Of a stretch of DNA of 64,000 nucleotides, positions 19,125 to 29,485 are shown in pieces. Location of the stretch: assembly GCA_963823035.1 (NCBI GenBank), contig CAWGKG010000023.1, positions 231,460 to 295,459 of the forward strand. The letters run 5' to 3'. Positions within the stretch are counted from its first letter, which is position 1, and the number at the start of each line of letters is the position of its first letter. The notes under the pieces are model-generated. The model was not told where the DNA came from and did no database searches. It worked only from the letters and a program-made list of their open reading frames with translations. Position numbers and translations under genes: made by a program. The DNA is from an uncultured Gemmatimonadales bacterium (lineage in GTDB: Bacteria; Gemmatimonadota; Gemmatimonadetes; Longimicrobiales; Gaopeijiaceae).

Positions 19125-21803
19125 ATGGAGCGCCATACCTGGGCTCGTCTCGAGGAGGTCTTCTTCCAGGCCCTCGAGCTCCCGCTCGCTGACCGACCCG
19201 CGTTTCTGGACCGGATCTGCGGTGACGACGCGGCATTCCGGCGCGAGATCGATGCGGTGCTGTCCGGACACTACCGTGCGGGGGGCACGCAGGACGCCCT
19301 CGGCCTGCTGCCATCGGTCACGGACGCCGCCGCCGGCGCCTCGTCTCCGGGAACGCGCATCGGCGTCTACGAGCTGGAGGTCCTGATCGGGCGTGGGGGG
19401 ATGGGAGAGGTGTACCGCGCCCACCGCGCCGACGACCTCTACCAGCAGCAGGTCGCCATCAAGCTGATGCGCCCCGGGCGGGACAGCGTCGAGCTCATGC
19501 GGCGGTTCCGGACCGAGCGACAGATCCTGGCACGCCTTCAGCATCCGGGCATCGCCACCCTCCTGGACGGGGGCGTCACCGAGCTCGGTCGGCCGTACCT
19601 GGTCATGCAGTACGTGGACGGGACGGCGATCACGACCTATGCCCGCGAGCGCGACCTGGGGCTCGACGCCCGCCTCCGGTTGTTCCTCGCGGTGTGCGAC
19701 GCGGTGCACCATGCGCATGCCAACCTGGTGATCCACCGCGATCTCAAGCCGAGCAACATCCTGGTCACGACCGATGGCGACGTACGCCTGCTCGACTTCG
19801 GGATCGCGAAGCTGCTCGATCACGACTCGCTGGTCGAGACCCCGACCGGCGACCTCCTGCTCCTCACCCCCGAGCACGCCGCACCCGAGCAGTTCCTCGG
19901 CTCGCCCTCGACCACGGCGACCGACGGCTACGCCCTCGGCGTACTCCTGTACGAGCTGCTCACCGGATCGAGACCCTTCCAGCTCGTGCCCGCCCCGGAA
20001 CTCCACCGGGCCGTGTGCGAGGTGGAGCCCGACCAGCCCAGCCGGGCGGCGAAGGAGCGCGCCCGGCTCGCCGCGGTCGGCCTGGATCGTCCGCCGGTCG
20101 CACCGGAGCGGATCGCCGGCGACCTGGACAGCATCGTCCTGAAGGCGCTGCGCAAGGACCCCGAGCGCCGATTCCATTCGGTGGCCGACCTGGCCGACGA
20201 CGTGCGCCGTCATCTCGCCGGATTCCCCGTACGGGCCCGCCCCGAGTCGCTCCGCTACGTGGCCAGTCGGTTCGTCAGGCGGCACCGCGTCGGGGTCACG
20301 GCCTCCGGCGCGCTGCTGCTCGCCCTGCTGGCGCTCGCGGCGGTATCCGTCCAGTTCGGCGTCACCAGCCGGGCCCAGGCCCGCACCATCGCCGAGGAGC
20401 GGGACGTGGCCCTCGAGGTCTCCGGCTTTCTGGAGACACTGTTCGCGTCGGCCGATCCGTTCGGTGCCGACGCCGGTCGCATGGACACCCTGCGCGTACG
20501 CGACATCCTCGACGACGGCGTCCGGAAGGCGCGCGCCGAGCTCGCCGACCGCCCGGCGGTGCAGGCGCGCCTGATGACGGTGATGGGGAAGGCGCAGGCC
20601 AATCTCGGTCGGCTCGACGTCGCGACCACGATTCTCGAGGAGGCCCTTCGGATCCGCGCGGCCGAACTCGGCACCCCCCCGCTCGACCTGGCCGCGACGC
20701 AGCGGGCGCTCGGCGAAGTGCTCTGGCAGACGGGCCAGGACGAGGCGGCCGAGAACCTGTTCCGCACCGCCGTCACGACACTGCCGCCGGACTCCGCGAA
20801 TCGAAGCGAGCGATCGAAGATCCTGAATGCCCTGGGCAACGCGCTTCAGCGGCAGGGGCGGTTCGCGGACGCGGAGGCCGCGTACCGGGAAGCGCTCGAG
20901 TTGGGCGAGGCGGTTTCCGGACCGGACGACGCGGAGCTCGCTTCGCTGGTGAGCAACGTCGCGACGGCGGTCGCGGCCCAATCCCGCCGCGATGAAGCCG
21001 ACAGCCTGTTCCAGCGTGCGATCGCGCTCGCCCGGAGCGGCGTGGCGGTCGACCATCCGCGCGTCGCCGCTCTGCTCGGCGCCCGGGCCAACCTGAAAGC
21101 CGCGCAGGGCCAGCTCGACGCGTCGATCCGCCTGCATGAGGAGGGGCTCGGGATCCTTCGGGCCAACCTACCGACTCCGCATCCGCGCACCGCGTCGGCC
21201 CTCAACAACCTGGCCGCCGCCCACCAGCGGCGCGGCGACCTGGTGGCGGCCGAGAGCCTGTTCACCGAAGCCCTCGCGATGCAGGCGGCCCTCCCGGGTG
21301 ACCGCCGCCGTCCCGTGGCGGAGACGATGTTCAATCTGGCCCAGGTGATGGGTGACCGCGGACGGGTCGACGAGGCCCTGGCCCGCAAGCGGGAGGCCGT
21401 GGGACTCCTCACGGAGGTGATCGGTCCGGATCACCCGACGCTGGCGACGATGGAGAACAGCATCGGTCGCTCGCTGCATCAGCTCGGCCGTCACGAGGAG
21501 GCGACGGTGGCGTTCCGGGACGCGCTGAGAATCCGGCTCGCGGCGCTCGGCGACGCGCATCCGTGGACCGCCCAGGTGCGGCTCGGGCTGGGCGCGTGCC
21601 TGATCGATCTGCACCGCTACGCCGACGCCGAGGTCCCCTTGCTCGACGCCTACCGGTCTCTCGAGCCGCGCCGTGCCGAGGAGGCCCGCTACTGGGACGG
21701 CGTGCTCGAGCAGCTCGGGCGCCTCTATCGCGCCATGGGCCGCCCGGCCGAAGCGAAGCACTACGAGGATCTCCGGGTCGCCGCCGCCCCCGCCGGGCGG
21801 TAG
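19125..21803 (+). CDS. Membrane Hanks-type Ser/Thr kinase with extracytoplasmic TPR repeats
   Basis: GRGGMGEVY, VAIK, HRDLKPSNIL, DFGIAK, APE; TM after RRHR; TPR-like helices (HPRTASALNNLA). Confidence 0.95.
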   Translation: MERHTWARLEEVFFQALELPLADRPAFLDRICGDDAAFRREIDAVLSGHYRAGGTQDALGLLPSVTDAAAGASSPGTRIGVYELEVLIGRGGMGEVYRAHRADDLYQQQVAIKLMRPGRDSVELMRRFRTERQILARLQHPGIATLLDGGVTELGRPYLVMQYVDGTAITTYARERDLGLDARLRLFLAVCDAVHHAHANLVIHRDLKPSNILVTTDGDVRLLDFGIAKLLDHDSLVETPTGDLLLLTPEHAAPEQFLGSPSTTATDGYALGVLLYELLTGSRPFQLVPAPELHRAVCEVEPDQPSRAAKERARLAAVGLDRPPVAPERIAGDLDSIVLKALRKDPERRFHSVADLADDVRRHLAGFPVRARPESLRYVASRFVRRHRVGVTASGALLLALLALAAVSVQFGVTSRAQARTIAEERDVALEVSGFLETLFASADPFGADAGRMDTLRVRDILDDGVRKARAELADRPAVQARLMTVMGKAQANLGRLDVATTILEEALRIRAAELGTPPLDLAATQRALGEVLWQTGQDEAAENLFRTAVTTLPPDSANRSERSKILNALGNALQRQGRFADAEAAYREALELGEAVSGPDDAELASLVSNVATAVAAQSRRDEADSLFQRAIALARSGVAVDHPRVAALLGARANLKAAQGQLDASIRLHEEGLGILRANLPTPHPRTASALNNLAAAHQRRGDLVAAESLFTEALAMQAALPGDRRRPVAETMFNLAQVMGDRGRVDEALARKREAVGLLTEVIGPDHPTLATMENSIGRSLHQLGRHEEATVAFRDALRIRLAALGDAHPWTAQVRLGLGACLIDLHRYADAEVPLLDAYRSLEPRRAEEARYWDGVLEQLGRLYRAMGRPAEAKHYEDLRVAAAPAGR

Positions 21804-21839
21804 CACCGGTTCGCCTCGCCGGCGGTCTCGACGCCGACT

Positions 21840-21868
21840 CGATGTCCAGATTCGTCCGGAAACGACGC
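21840..21868 (+). promoter_or_regulatory. Candidate ECF43 target promoter, copy 2
   Basis: CGATGTCCAG-attcgtccggaaa-CGACGC; same arms and 13-nt spacing as 17754-17782. Confidence 0.6.
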
Positions 21869-21943
21869 CGGGTTGGTAGGTGCCATCGATCCGGAGCGTA
21901 CCATGTCGCCGACGAAGCCACTGCCCCACGCCGGGGTGTCGCC

Positions 21944-22339
21944 ATGAGCCAGACGCTGGCCGCCTCCCCCTCCACCCTCTGGCTGGTGCGTCCGATCGTG
22001 CTGGCGATCGCGCTGTCGGTCCTCTCCGGCATGGGGGACGCCTACGGCTTCGTCCACGCATCGAGGATCTGGCGTCAGGAGCTCGTCGTCTGGGGCGAGA
22101 TGGGCCGGTCCGCGCTCGGCTTCTCGGTCGGGACCGCCCTCCAGTGGCTCGCGATCCGCTACCTCCGCCAGGTCGGGATCAGCATCGCCGAGGTGCAGAC
22201 GCTGGTGTTGTTCGCGGCCACGATGATCGGGATCGCGCTCCTCAATCGGAGCATCTTCGCGTGGGCCTCGGTCGACCGGGCGGTCGCCGCGGTCGTGGTG
22301 TTCGGGCTGGCCTGGCTGACCGTCCGGACCGGCCCGTGA
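21944..22339 (+). CDS. Small four-TM membrane protein (DMT/SMR-like)
   Basis: Four hydrophobic helices in ~131 aa. Confidence 0.65.
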   Translation: MSQTLAASPSTLWLVRPIVLAIALSVLSGMGDAYGFVHASRIWRQELVVWGEMGRSALGFSVGTALQWLAIRYLRQVGISIAEVQTLVLFAATMIGIALLNRSIFAWASVDRAVAAVVVFGLAWLTVRTGP

Positions 22340-22424
22340 CGCGGTGCGGATCGCGCCGTCACGATCTTGTGCGCCCCTCCCCGGCGTACCACCATCCGGC
22401 GGACATCCTCGAACCGATCCGCCC

Positions 22425-23519
22425 ATGCGCCGCCTGCCGACGATCCTCTCCGCCCTGCTCCTCATCGCCGCTCCGGCTACGCTGAGCGGCCAGGCCATCG
22501 ACACCGCGTTCGCGCGTCGCTTCGGCGAGCTGGCCCTCGCATGCGTGCACCAGGAGTACCCGAACCAGATCTCCCACGTGATGCAGAGCGACGCCGACGC
22601 GCTCCCACCGCGGGAGCTCACGCCGGCGTTCTACGGTTGCTACGACTGGCACTCCTCCGTGCACGGCCACTGGTTGCTGGCCCGCCTCGCGCGCCTGGCG
22701 CCCGGCACGGAGCTGGCCCGGAGGGCCCGGGCGGCGCTGGACCAGAGCCTGACGCCGGAGCACATCACGGTGGAGGTGCGTTACCTGGAGGGCGAGGGGC
22801 GGGCGCACTTCGAGCGGCCCTATGGACTGGCGTGGCTGCTCCAGCTCACGGCGGAGCTGCGGGAGTGGGACGATCCGCAGGCGCGCCGGTGGAGCCAGGC
22901 TCTCGAGCCCCTCGAGCGGGCCGTCGTCGACCGGCTGTCCGACTGGATGCCGAAGCTCACGAACCCGATCCGCACGGGTGAGCACGCGCAGACAGCGTTC
23001 GCCTTCGGGCTGATCCGCGATCGGGCGGCAGGCGCAGGCGACGATGCGATGCTCCGACTCGTGGACGAGCGCGTGCGCACGCTCTATCTCTCCGACCGCG
23101 CCTGCCCCATGGCCTACGAGCCCTCAGGACAGGACTTCCTCTCGCCCTGCCTCGCGGAGGCCGACCTGGTCCGGCGCACGCTCGCGCCCCGGGAGTTCGC
23201 CGCCTGGCTCGGCGCCTTCCTTCCGGAGCTGCCCCGGTCGGACGACGGCGGCGGCGCGTGGCTGCCCCCGGCCGAGGTCGTCGACCGGGAGGATCCCAAG
23301 CTCGCGCACCTGGACGGGCTGAACCTGAGCCGGGCTTGGATGCTCGAAGGGATCGCGGCGGGCCTCCCCGCGGACGACCCACGGCTCCCCTCGCTCCGTG
23401 CCGCGGCTCGAGCCCACCGCGACGCCGGCCTCGCCGCGGTGACCGGCGAGCACTACGTGGGAGGGCATTGGCTGGGCAGCTTCGCCATGTATCTGGTGAC
23501 GCGGCGCGGCCTCCCCTGA
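22425..23519 (+). CDS. DUF2891 family exported protein
   Basis: CVHQEYPN, PAFYGCYDWHSSVHGHW, FERPYGLAW, DFLSPCLAEA, HLDGLNLSRAW, YVGGHWLGSFA; signal peptide. Confidence 0.92.
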   Translation: MRRLPTILSALLLIAAPATLSGQAIDTAFARRFGELALACVHQEYPNQISHVMQSDADALPPRELTPAFYGCYDWHSSVHGHWLLARLARLAPGTELARRARAALDQSLTPEHITVEVRYLEGEGRAHFERPYGLAWLLQLTAELREWDDPQARRWSQALEPLERAVVDRLSDWMPKLTNPIRTGEHAQTAFAFGLIRDRAAGAGDDAMLRLVDERVRTLYLSDRACPMAYEPSGQDFLSPCLAEADLVRRTLAPREFAAWLGAFLPELPRSDDGGGAWLPPAEVVDREDPKLAHLDGLNLSRAWMLEGIAAGLPADDPRLPSLRAAARAHRDAGLAAVTGEHYVGGHWLGSFAMYLVTRRGLP

Positions 23520-23532
23520 GCCGGACCGACCG

Positions 23533-24666
23533 ATGCGGCGCTCGGTATCCGGGGTTCTGGCGGTCCTGACGGGATGCGCGGCCTTCGGGCCGCTCGGGTG
23601 TTCTTCTGCGGACCCCGTCGACGACCACGACCCGCCCACCCTCGCCGAGGTCTCGGCTCCGCTCCAGGCCGCCCTCGACCAGTGGGCGCAGGAGGCCGGG
23701 CACCGGGGCGTGAGCGCCGCCGCCGTCCTCGCCGACGGCGAGATGTGGGTGGGCTCGGCGGGAATCGAGGCCACCGCGACGGCCCTCGAGCCCGACCACC
23801 TCATCGCGATCGCCAGCATCACCAAGACCATGACCGGCGCGGTCGTGCTCCAGCTCGCCGAGGAGGGCGTGCTCGGGCTGGACGACCCGATCTCCGCATG
23901 GCTGCCGCCCATCCCGAACGTCGACCCGCACATCACGATCCGACAGCTCCTGAACCACACGAACGGCCTGGCCAACTACACGACGAGCTCGGCGCTCGGC
24001 AGCGCGATCGACGCGAACCCCGGGCACCGATTCACCGCCGCGGAGCTGCTGACCTATCTCGGCCCGCCGGCCTTCGCGCCGGGCGTGCGCACCGAATACA
24101 CCAACACCGCGTTCCTCCTCCTGGGGATGATCGCACAGGCCGCGGCCGACCGGCCGATCACGGAGCTCTGGAAGGATCGGCTGTGGGCCCCCCTGGGTCT
24201 GACCGGGATCTTCCTCCCGGGTGTGCAGGACCCGCCCGGCCCGGTCGCGACGGCGTGGGCGGGTCAGGGCGCCTCGACCGCCGTGGAGCCGCTGGGCGAG
24301 ATGGCCCTGCTCACCATCGGCCAGAGCGCGTTCGGCCTGTTCGCCGACGCGAGCGTCGTGGCCCGATGGGGCCACGGCCTGTTCGCGGGCTCGGTGCTGG
24401 ACACCGGGACGCGGGCCGAGATGCTCGAGCTCGTCCCGGCCGCGGGCAACATCCCCGGGGAGTCGGGCGCAGGCCTGGGAATCCGCAGCTACGCCTACCT
24501 CGGCAGGACCCAGTACGGGCACAGCGGAGGCTTCTCGCTGGGGAGCAGCCTCCTGCTCTTCGACCCGGCGAGCGGCGTCACGGTCGCTGTGCTCATGAAC
24601 CAGGGATCGGGTGCGACGCACTTCGTCCTCGCGCCGCACCTCCTCGAGATCGCGGCCGGCGGCTGA
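23533..24666 (+). CDS. Serine hydrolase, beta-lactamase class C / S12 D-Ala-D-Ala peptidase family, probable lipoprotein
   Basis: ASITK (SxxK), LLNHTNG, YTN (YxN), GHSG; lipobox-like PLGC. Confidence 0.9.
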   Translation: MRRSVSGVLAVLTGCAAFGPLGCSSADPVDDHDPPTLAEVSAPLQAALDQWAQEAGHRGVSAAAVLADGEMWVGSAGIEATATALEPDHLIAIASITKTMTGAVVLQLAEEGVLGLDDPISAWLPPIPNVDPHITIRQLLNHTNGLANYTTSSALGSAIDANPGHRFTAAELLTYLGPPAFAPGVRTEYTNTAFLLLGMIAQAAADRPITELWKDRLWAPLGLTGIFLPGVQDPPGPVATAWAGQGASTAVEPLGEMALLTIGQSAFGLFADASVVARWGHGLFAGSVLDTGTRAEMLELVPAAGNIPGESGAGLGIRSYAYLGRTQYGHSGGFSLGSSLLLFDPASGVTVAVLMNQGSGATHFVLAPHLLEIAAGG

Positions 24667-24684
24667 GAGGCTGCGAGGCCCCTC

Positions 24685-26295
24685 TCACCAGATCGATCGC
24701 AGCCGGCTCACCACGCCGCCGACGACCCTCACCTTCCCGCCCTTCGCGTAGAGCGCGATGCGGTCGAAGGGCGCGTTCGGGAAGAAGATGTCGGTGAGCA
24801 CCGTAGCGCCGTCGTCCGCGAACAGCTCCACGGACGCCACGTCGAAGAAGAGCCGCAGACGCACCACGCCGTCCTGCGCGAATCGCGGAACCCAGTGCAC
24901 GCCGTCGGCGAAGGCCTCGGAGAAGGCGTGATCTCCGGCCTCCGTCCGGTCGCTGTAGTACCGGTCGGAGCTCGTCTCGTAGCCGATGCGATAGCGCTCA
25001 CCCCGGGCGTTGGACAGCTCCACGCCGAAATCCGCCCGGCGCAGCGCGTCCTTCCCCACCTCGAGGACGATCTCGGACGTGGTGACGGGGAATCCGATCC
25101 GGTCCGTGAGGTCGACGACGCCGTCCAGCGTCATGCCCGGGATCCGCGCCGATTCGGCCCTGAGCGAGGTCAGCTCGCGCACCGGCGCGGCGAAGACCCT
25201 GTAGCCCACGTCCGTGCGCACCAGGCGGAGCGTCCGGGGGAGCGTCATGGCACTGCGCCAGGGGCGCGTGGGGACCTCTTGTGCGTAGTCCCAGTTGCTC
25301 ATCCAGCCCAGGAAGATCCGGCGCCCGTCCTCCTTCGGGATGTTGGACCAGGTGACGCCCGCGTAGTCGTCCCTGCCCTGGTCGAGCCACACGGCGGGCT
25401 CCCGTCTCAGCGTCTCGGCGAAGGAAGGGTCGAGGGTGAAAGCCTCGCCGTCGAAGTCGCCGACGAAGTACTGGGTTCCGGAGCCGCCCTGGGGACCGCC
25501 GGGGTTGAGGTTCTGGATCAGTACCCACTTCATCTCGTCCAGGCCCTCGACCCGCATCGGGAAGAGGTCCGGGCACTCCCACGTGCCGGCGTGCGCGCCC
25601 CAGGATTCGCCGAACGAGCTCAGGTACCGCCACGCCTTGAGGTCGGGCGAACCGTAGAGCTCGACGTGGTCGTGCACCGCGAGGACCATCACCCACTTGG
25701 CCGAGCTCTCGTGCCAGAAGACCTTGGGATCGCGGAAGTCGGGGCGGTGCTCCACGTTCGGCAGCACCGGATTCCCGGCGTACTTCGTCCAGGTCCTGCC
25801 GCGGTCGGTGCTGTAGGCGATCCCCTGGGACTCCTGGTCGCCCGTCCCGGCCTCGGCGCGCACGGGATCGTGGTAGGTGAAGACGGCCACGAGCGGGGGC
25901 AACCTGCCGTCGCCCAGGCCGCTGGTGTCGTCCCAGTCGACCACGGCGCTCCCCGAGAAGACGTAGCCGAGCGTGTCGGGGGCCAGCGCCACGGGAAGGT
26001 GCTCCCAGTGGACGAGATCGCGACTGACGGCGTGGCCCCAGTGCATGGGTCCCCACACGGTGTCGTCGGGATGGTACTGGTAGAAGAGGTGGTATTCCCC
26101 GCCGTAGTAGACCATCCCGTTCGGGTCGTTCATCCACATCGAAGGCGGCGTGAAATGAAACCGCGGACGGTGGGGCTCGGTGTAGCGCGAGGTCTCCTGA
26201 GCGCAGACCCGCGCGGCGGGCGTCGCCGCAGCGAGAACGGCCATGGCCGCCAACGCCAGGACCGCTCCCGGGCGAGATCGTCCAACCTTCCTCAT
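24685..26295 (-). CDS. GH32 beta-fructosidase/levanase, exported
   Basis: WMNDPNG, WGHAVS, FSGS, FRDP, WECPD, GWMSNW; signal peptide. Confidence 0.95.
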   Translation of the reverse strand: MRKVGRSRPGAVLALAAMAVLAAATPAARVCAQETSRYTEPHRPRFHFTPPSMWMNDPNGMVYYGGEYHLFYQYHPDDTVWGPMHWGHAVSRDLVHWEHLPVALAPDTLGYVFSGSAVVDWDDTSGLGDGRLPPLVAVFTYHDPVRAEAGTGDQESQGIAYSTDRGRTWTKYAGNPVLPNVEHRPDFRDPKVFWHESSAKWVMVLAVHDHVELYGSPDLKAWRYLSSFGESWGAHAGTWECPDLFPMRVEGLDEMKWVLIQNLNPGGPQGGSGTQYFVGDFDGEAFTLDPSFAETLRREPAVWLDQGRDDYAGVTWSNIPKEDGRRIFLGWMSNWDYAQEVPTRPWRSAMTLPRTLRLVRTDVGYRVFAAPVRELTSLRAESARIPGMTLDGVVDLTDRIGFPVTTSEIVLEVGKDALRRADFGVELSNARGERYRIGYETSSDRYYSDRTEAGDHAFSEAFADGVHWVPRFAQDGVVRLRLFFDVASVELFADDGATVLTDIFFPNAPFDRIALYAKGGKVRVVGGVVSRLRSIW

Positions 26296-26507
26296 CGTAC
26301 AGCCTCCCTCCTAGCCGGCCGGCCACCGTGATCGGCGCCCTGGGGGAGAAGTGCCTGGGAGGCGCTTCCGCCGCAAGGCCGTCCTCGTCGTGACCGGCGC
26401 TTCTTCGTCCTGCATCCCCGGTCGGCGACGCCGGCGTCTGTCGGGGGACGACGGCGGGAAGCAGATTCTCCGCGGATCTCACTCCCTCTCCTCTCCATGA
26501 CCCGTGG

Positions 26508-27260
26508 ATGCCCATGCGACGCGCCTGCCTTCTGACCGCGGCGACGGCCTTCCTCCTCACCCAGCCCCTGACCGCGCAGGAGGCGGGTACCTACCGTGCC
26601 CTCACGGCCCAGGCCGCGCCCGGTGACCTCCTGGAGCTCATCGACCTCTATCGAGAGGAGGCCGCCTTCCTCCGGGGGTCGGGGGAGGAGCCCGCGCTGT
26701 GGATGCGCCACACGCAGGGCGACGCCTGGGACCTCCTGCTCCTCTATCCCATCGAGGGGGTGTCGGAGTACTTCGCCCCGGCGCGTAGGCAGCGCCTCGC
26801 GGGTGCCAGAACCCCCACCGGGCGGACCGGCGCCGAGCTGCAGCGCGAGATCGATGCCCGGACGGCGTGGCGGGAAGAGGTCTTCGTGCACGGCCCGCCC
26901 GTCGCCGAGGTGAAGGCGGCATGGGCTGGGGCGGGCCTCTACCACGTGGAGATGTACCAGGGCCTTGCGGGCCAGCGGGAGAAGCTCGTGCAGGAGCGTC
27001 GGATGGAGAACGCGTACGCGAGCGCGCTCGGCCGGAAGCCGACGAAGATCTTCACGCGCATCGCCGGATCCGCCACCGACGGCTTCACGATCGGCTTCTA
27101 CGCGGACCTGAAGGCGTACGCCAACCCTCCGGAGACGTCGCGGGAGCAGCAGGAAGCCGCCGCGATCGCCGCGGGGTTCCGGGGTGCCGACTACATCGGA
27201 GCGACGCTCAGGGAGCTGATCCTCCGGCACCACGACACGTTGGCCGTGCCGATCGGCTGA
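26508..27260 (+). CDS. Exported hypothetical protein with apparent two-fold internal repeat
   Basis: Signal peptide ending LTA-Q, GC3-biased codons, RBS upstream. Confidence 0.7.
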   Translation: MPMRRACLLTAATAFLLTQPLTAQEAGTYRALTAQAAPGDLLELIDLYREEAAFLRGSGEEPALWMRHTQGDAWDLLLLYPIEGVSEYFAPARRQRLAGARTPTGRTGAELQREIDARTAWREEVFVHGPPVAEVKAAWAGAGLYHVEMYQGLAGQREKLVQERRMENAYASALGRKPTKIFTRIAGSATDGFTIGFYADLKAYANPPETSREQQEAAAIAAGFRGADYIGATLRELILRHHDTLAVPIG

Positions 27261-28875
27261 GGAGGGCCGGAAGCAGCGCCTGGCCGTCCAGCCCGGCCGG
27301 GGCGGGGATGCCGCCGAGGGCGGCGAGGGTGGGCGCCACGTCCGTGATCCTGGCCGCGACGGCGGCCGCTCGCCCGGGTGCCGCACCGGCCCCGAGGACG
27401 AGGAGGGGGACCCGACGGTCGTACGCATAGGGTGAGCCGTGCACGGAGACCGCGTAGTCCGGAATGGAGCCCTCGGTCAGCCGGATGGCCCCGATGCCCA
27501 ACGCAGCGGGCGACGTGCCGCCGGACGTGTCGTAGAGGGGGAAGTCGAGGATGCGATCTTCACGAAACGAGCCGCGGTACAGCTCCATCCACGCGTCGTC
27601 GCCCGCGGCTTCGGCGCGCAGCTCGTCGATGGTGTAGACGTCCGCGACCCAGGGGAGCGCCTCCAGGTAGGCGACAGCCCGCCCCGTTCGTTGCCCTTCG
27701 TCCGACGACCCGGCCAACCGCACGAGATCGGACCAGGCGCGCGCCATCGCCTCCGTGTCGATGCGTGTGGCCGGGGGCCCGGCCTGCTCCGGCGGGGGCG
27801 GCGCACCGTGGTCGGCGGTGAGCGCCAGCGCCCACCGACCCCCACCCACTTCGGTGTCGAGGAAGTCCAGGAAGTGCCCGAGATCGCCGTCCACCCGCCA
27901 CAGGGCGTCGAGCTGCTCCAGGCTCGACGGGCCGAAGCTGTGCCCGGCCTCGTCGAGGGAGGAGAGGTTGATCATGAGCACGTCGGTCGATCCCCGCCGC
28001 CCGAGCTCCAGCGCCCGAACGCCCTCCTCGGCGAGGCGCAGCGTGGCGCCGTCGAGGCCGGGAACGGAGGTGAACGCCTCCGCCGGATCGTCCACGCCCG
28101 TGGCGTGCGGAAAGACGCGAGCGGCCGCCTCGCCCTCCCACGGGGTGTCGTCCGGGAGCGCGAGCGCGCGAGCGGATTCGGGCACGCCGAGCGTCCACGG
28201 CAGCGCCTGGGCGACGAGGGACGGCATCTCCTCCGCGTTGAAGAGGGCCACCCATTCCGGGAGGGTGTCGCTGAAGTACGAGGACGTCACGTAGCCGGCC
28301 GCGTCCGCGGAGTACCAGTACACCTCGCCGCCCGACGTCGGGGCCAGCGTGTTCGCCGATACGGATCCCTGGCCGATGACCAGCACGCGGGCCGCGGGGT
28401 CGCCTTCACGGGCCCAGTCGCCCAGGGCGGCGCGAGCGGGCCCGCGGGGATTGACCGGCACCCGCCGGATCCCCGACGATCCGCTCGGCGGTATCGGCCA
28501 CGGCACTCCGGTACGCCCACCCTCCCCCCGCTCGCGCTCCATCCATCCGTTGTCGACGATGCCGTGGTGCCGGGGCTCCAAACCCGTGGCGAGCGAGGCG
28601 TGTCCGGGTCCCGAGTTGCTGATGGCGTAGGGCACCGTCGTCGGCTCGAAGCAGGCGCCCTCGTCGAGGAGCCGGCCGATCCCGCCCTGCAGGACGGGTC
28701 CGTAGCGCGTCAGGAGCGCCTGGCCGAGCTGGTCCACCACGACCAACACGAGCAGCGTCGGTCGGACGCCTCCGTCGCCTACTTCAGGCCTGCGACACGA
28801 GGCCGGACCCAGGACGAGGAGCGTCGCGAGCAGCGTCGCGAGAGGCGAGGGGCCGACCCGTGTGCGGCGTGTCAT
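27208..28875 (-). CDS. Alkaline phosphatase superfamily protein (PafA/nucleotide pyrophosphatase-like); compensating indels near 28430-28530, 3' end approximate
   Basis: LVVVDQL, SGPGHASLATG, LDEAGHSFGP, LTADHG, HGSPYAYDRRVPL, DVAPTLA. Confidence 0.88.
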   Translation of the reverse strand: MTRRTRVGPSPLATLLATLLVLGPASCRRPEVGDGGVRPTLLVLVVVDQLGQALLTRYGPVLQGGIGRLLDEGACFEPTTVPYAISNSGPGHASLATGLEPRHHGIVDNGWMERERGEGGRTGVPWPIPPSGSSGIRRVPVNPRGPARAALGDWAREGDPAARVLVIGQGSVSANTLAPTSGGEVYWYSADAAGYVTSSYFSDTLPEWVALFNAEEMPSLVAQALPWTLGVPESARALALPDDTPWEGEAAARVFPHATGVDDPAEAFTSVPGLDGATLRLAEEGVRALELGRRGSTDVLMINLSSLDEAGHSFGPSSLEQLDALWRVDGDLGHFLDFLDTEVGGGRWALALTADHGAPPPPEQAGPPATRIDTEAMARAWSDLVRLAGSSDEGQRTGRAVAYLEALPWVADVYTIDELRAEAAGDDAWMELYRGSFREDRILDFPLYDTSGGTSPAALGIGAIRLTEGSIPDYAVSVHGSPYAYDRRVPLLVLGAGAAPGRAAAVAARITDVAPTLAALGGIPAPAGLDGQALLPALLSRSARPTCRGAGGSAP

Positions 28876-29342
28876 GGCATCGCTGGCCCGCCCTCTCGCG
28901 GCGCGGTCTGCCACAGCACGTGGATGATCTTCCATCGGCCGTCGTACTTCGCCAGGTGCAGGTAGTCCGATCCCCACCACGCCGTCACGCGTACCGCGGC
29001 GGTCTGGTCGAGAACCTCGAGGACGTGGACCTCCTTCGGCGCCGTCGCCGGCGGGTGATTCCCGCGTTCCTTCACCTGGCGCGCGTAGTCCAGCATCTCC
29101 CCGAAGGTCATGGCCTCTCCCTCGTAGTCGGTGCCGCCGGACGGGACGAAGAAGCCGTACTTCACCACCTGCGGATGGACACTTCGCTCGAGCTTCGCCG
29201 CATCCCCCTCGTAGAAACCCTCGAGGTAGTCGAGCGCGGCACGCTCGACCCCGGCCGCCTCCGCGCTCGTCTGGGCAGCGACGGGCGGCGCGCCCGCGAG
29301 CAGCACGGACAACAGCGGCACACCCCATCCCACTCCCCTCAT
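28872..29342 (-). CDS. Exported NTF2-like (lumazine-binding-like) protein
   Basis: AALDYLEGFYEGDA, WGSDYLHLAKYDGRWKIIHVLW; signal peptide. Confidence 0.85.
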   Translation of the reverse strand: MRGVGWGVPLLSVLLAGAPPVAAQTSAEAAGVERAALDYLEGFYEGDAAKLERSVHPQVVKYGFFVPSGGTDYEGEAMTFGEMLDYARQVKERGNHPPATAPKEVHVLEVLDQTAAVRVTAWWGSDYLHLAKYDGRWKIIHVLWQTAPREGGPAMP

Positions 29343-29485
29343 CGTTCCTCCCGGCCGGGTTGTCGTGTCAGGACCTGCCCCTCACCGTACGTTGCGACGA
29401 CCCCTGAATGACTCGCCGCCGGCGCCGCGGACACGGAAGTCACCCTTCACCTCGGTGGTGGTGAGGAGCGTCGACGCCTCCGCGC

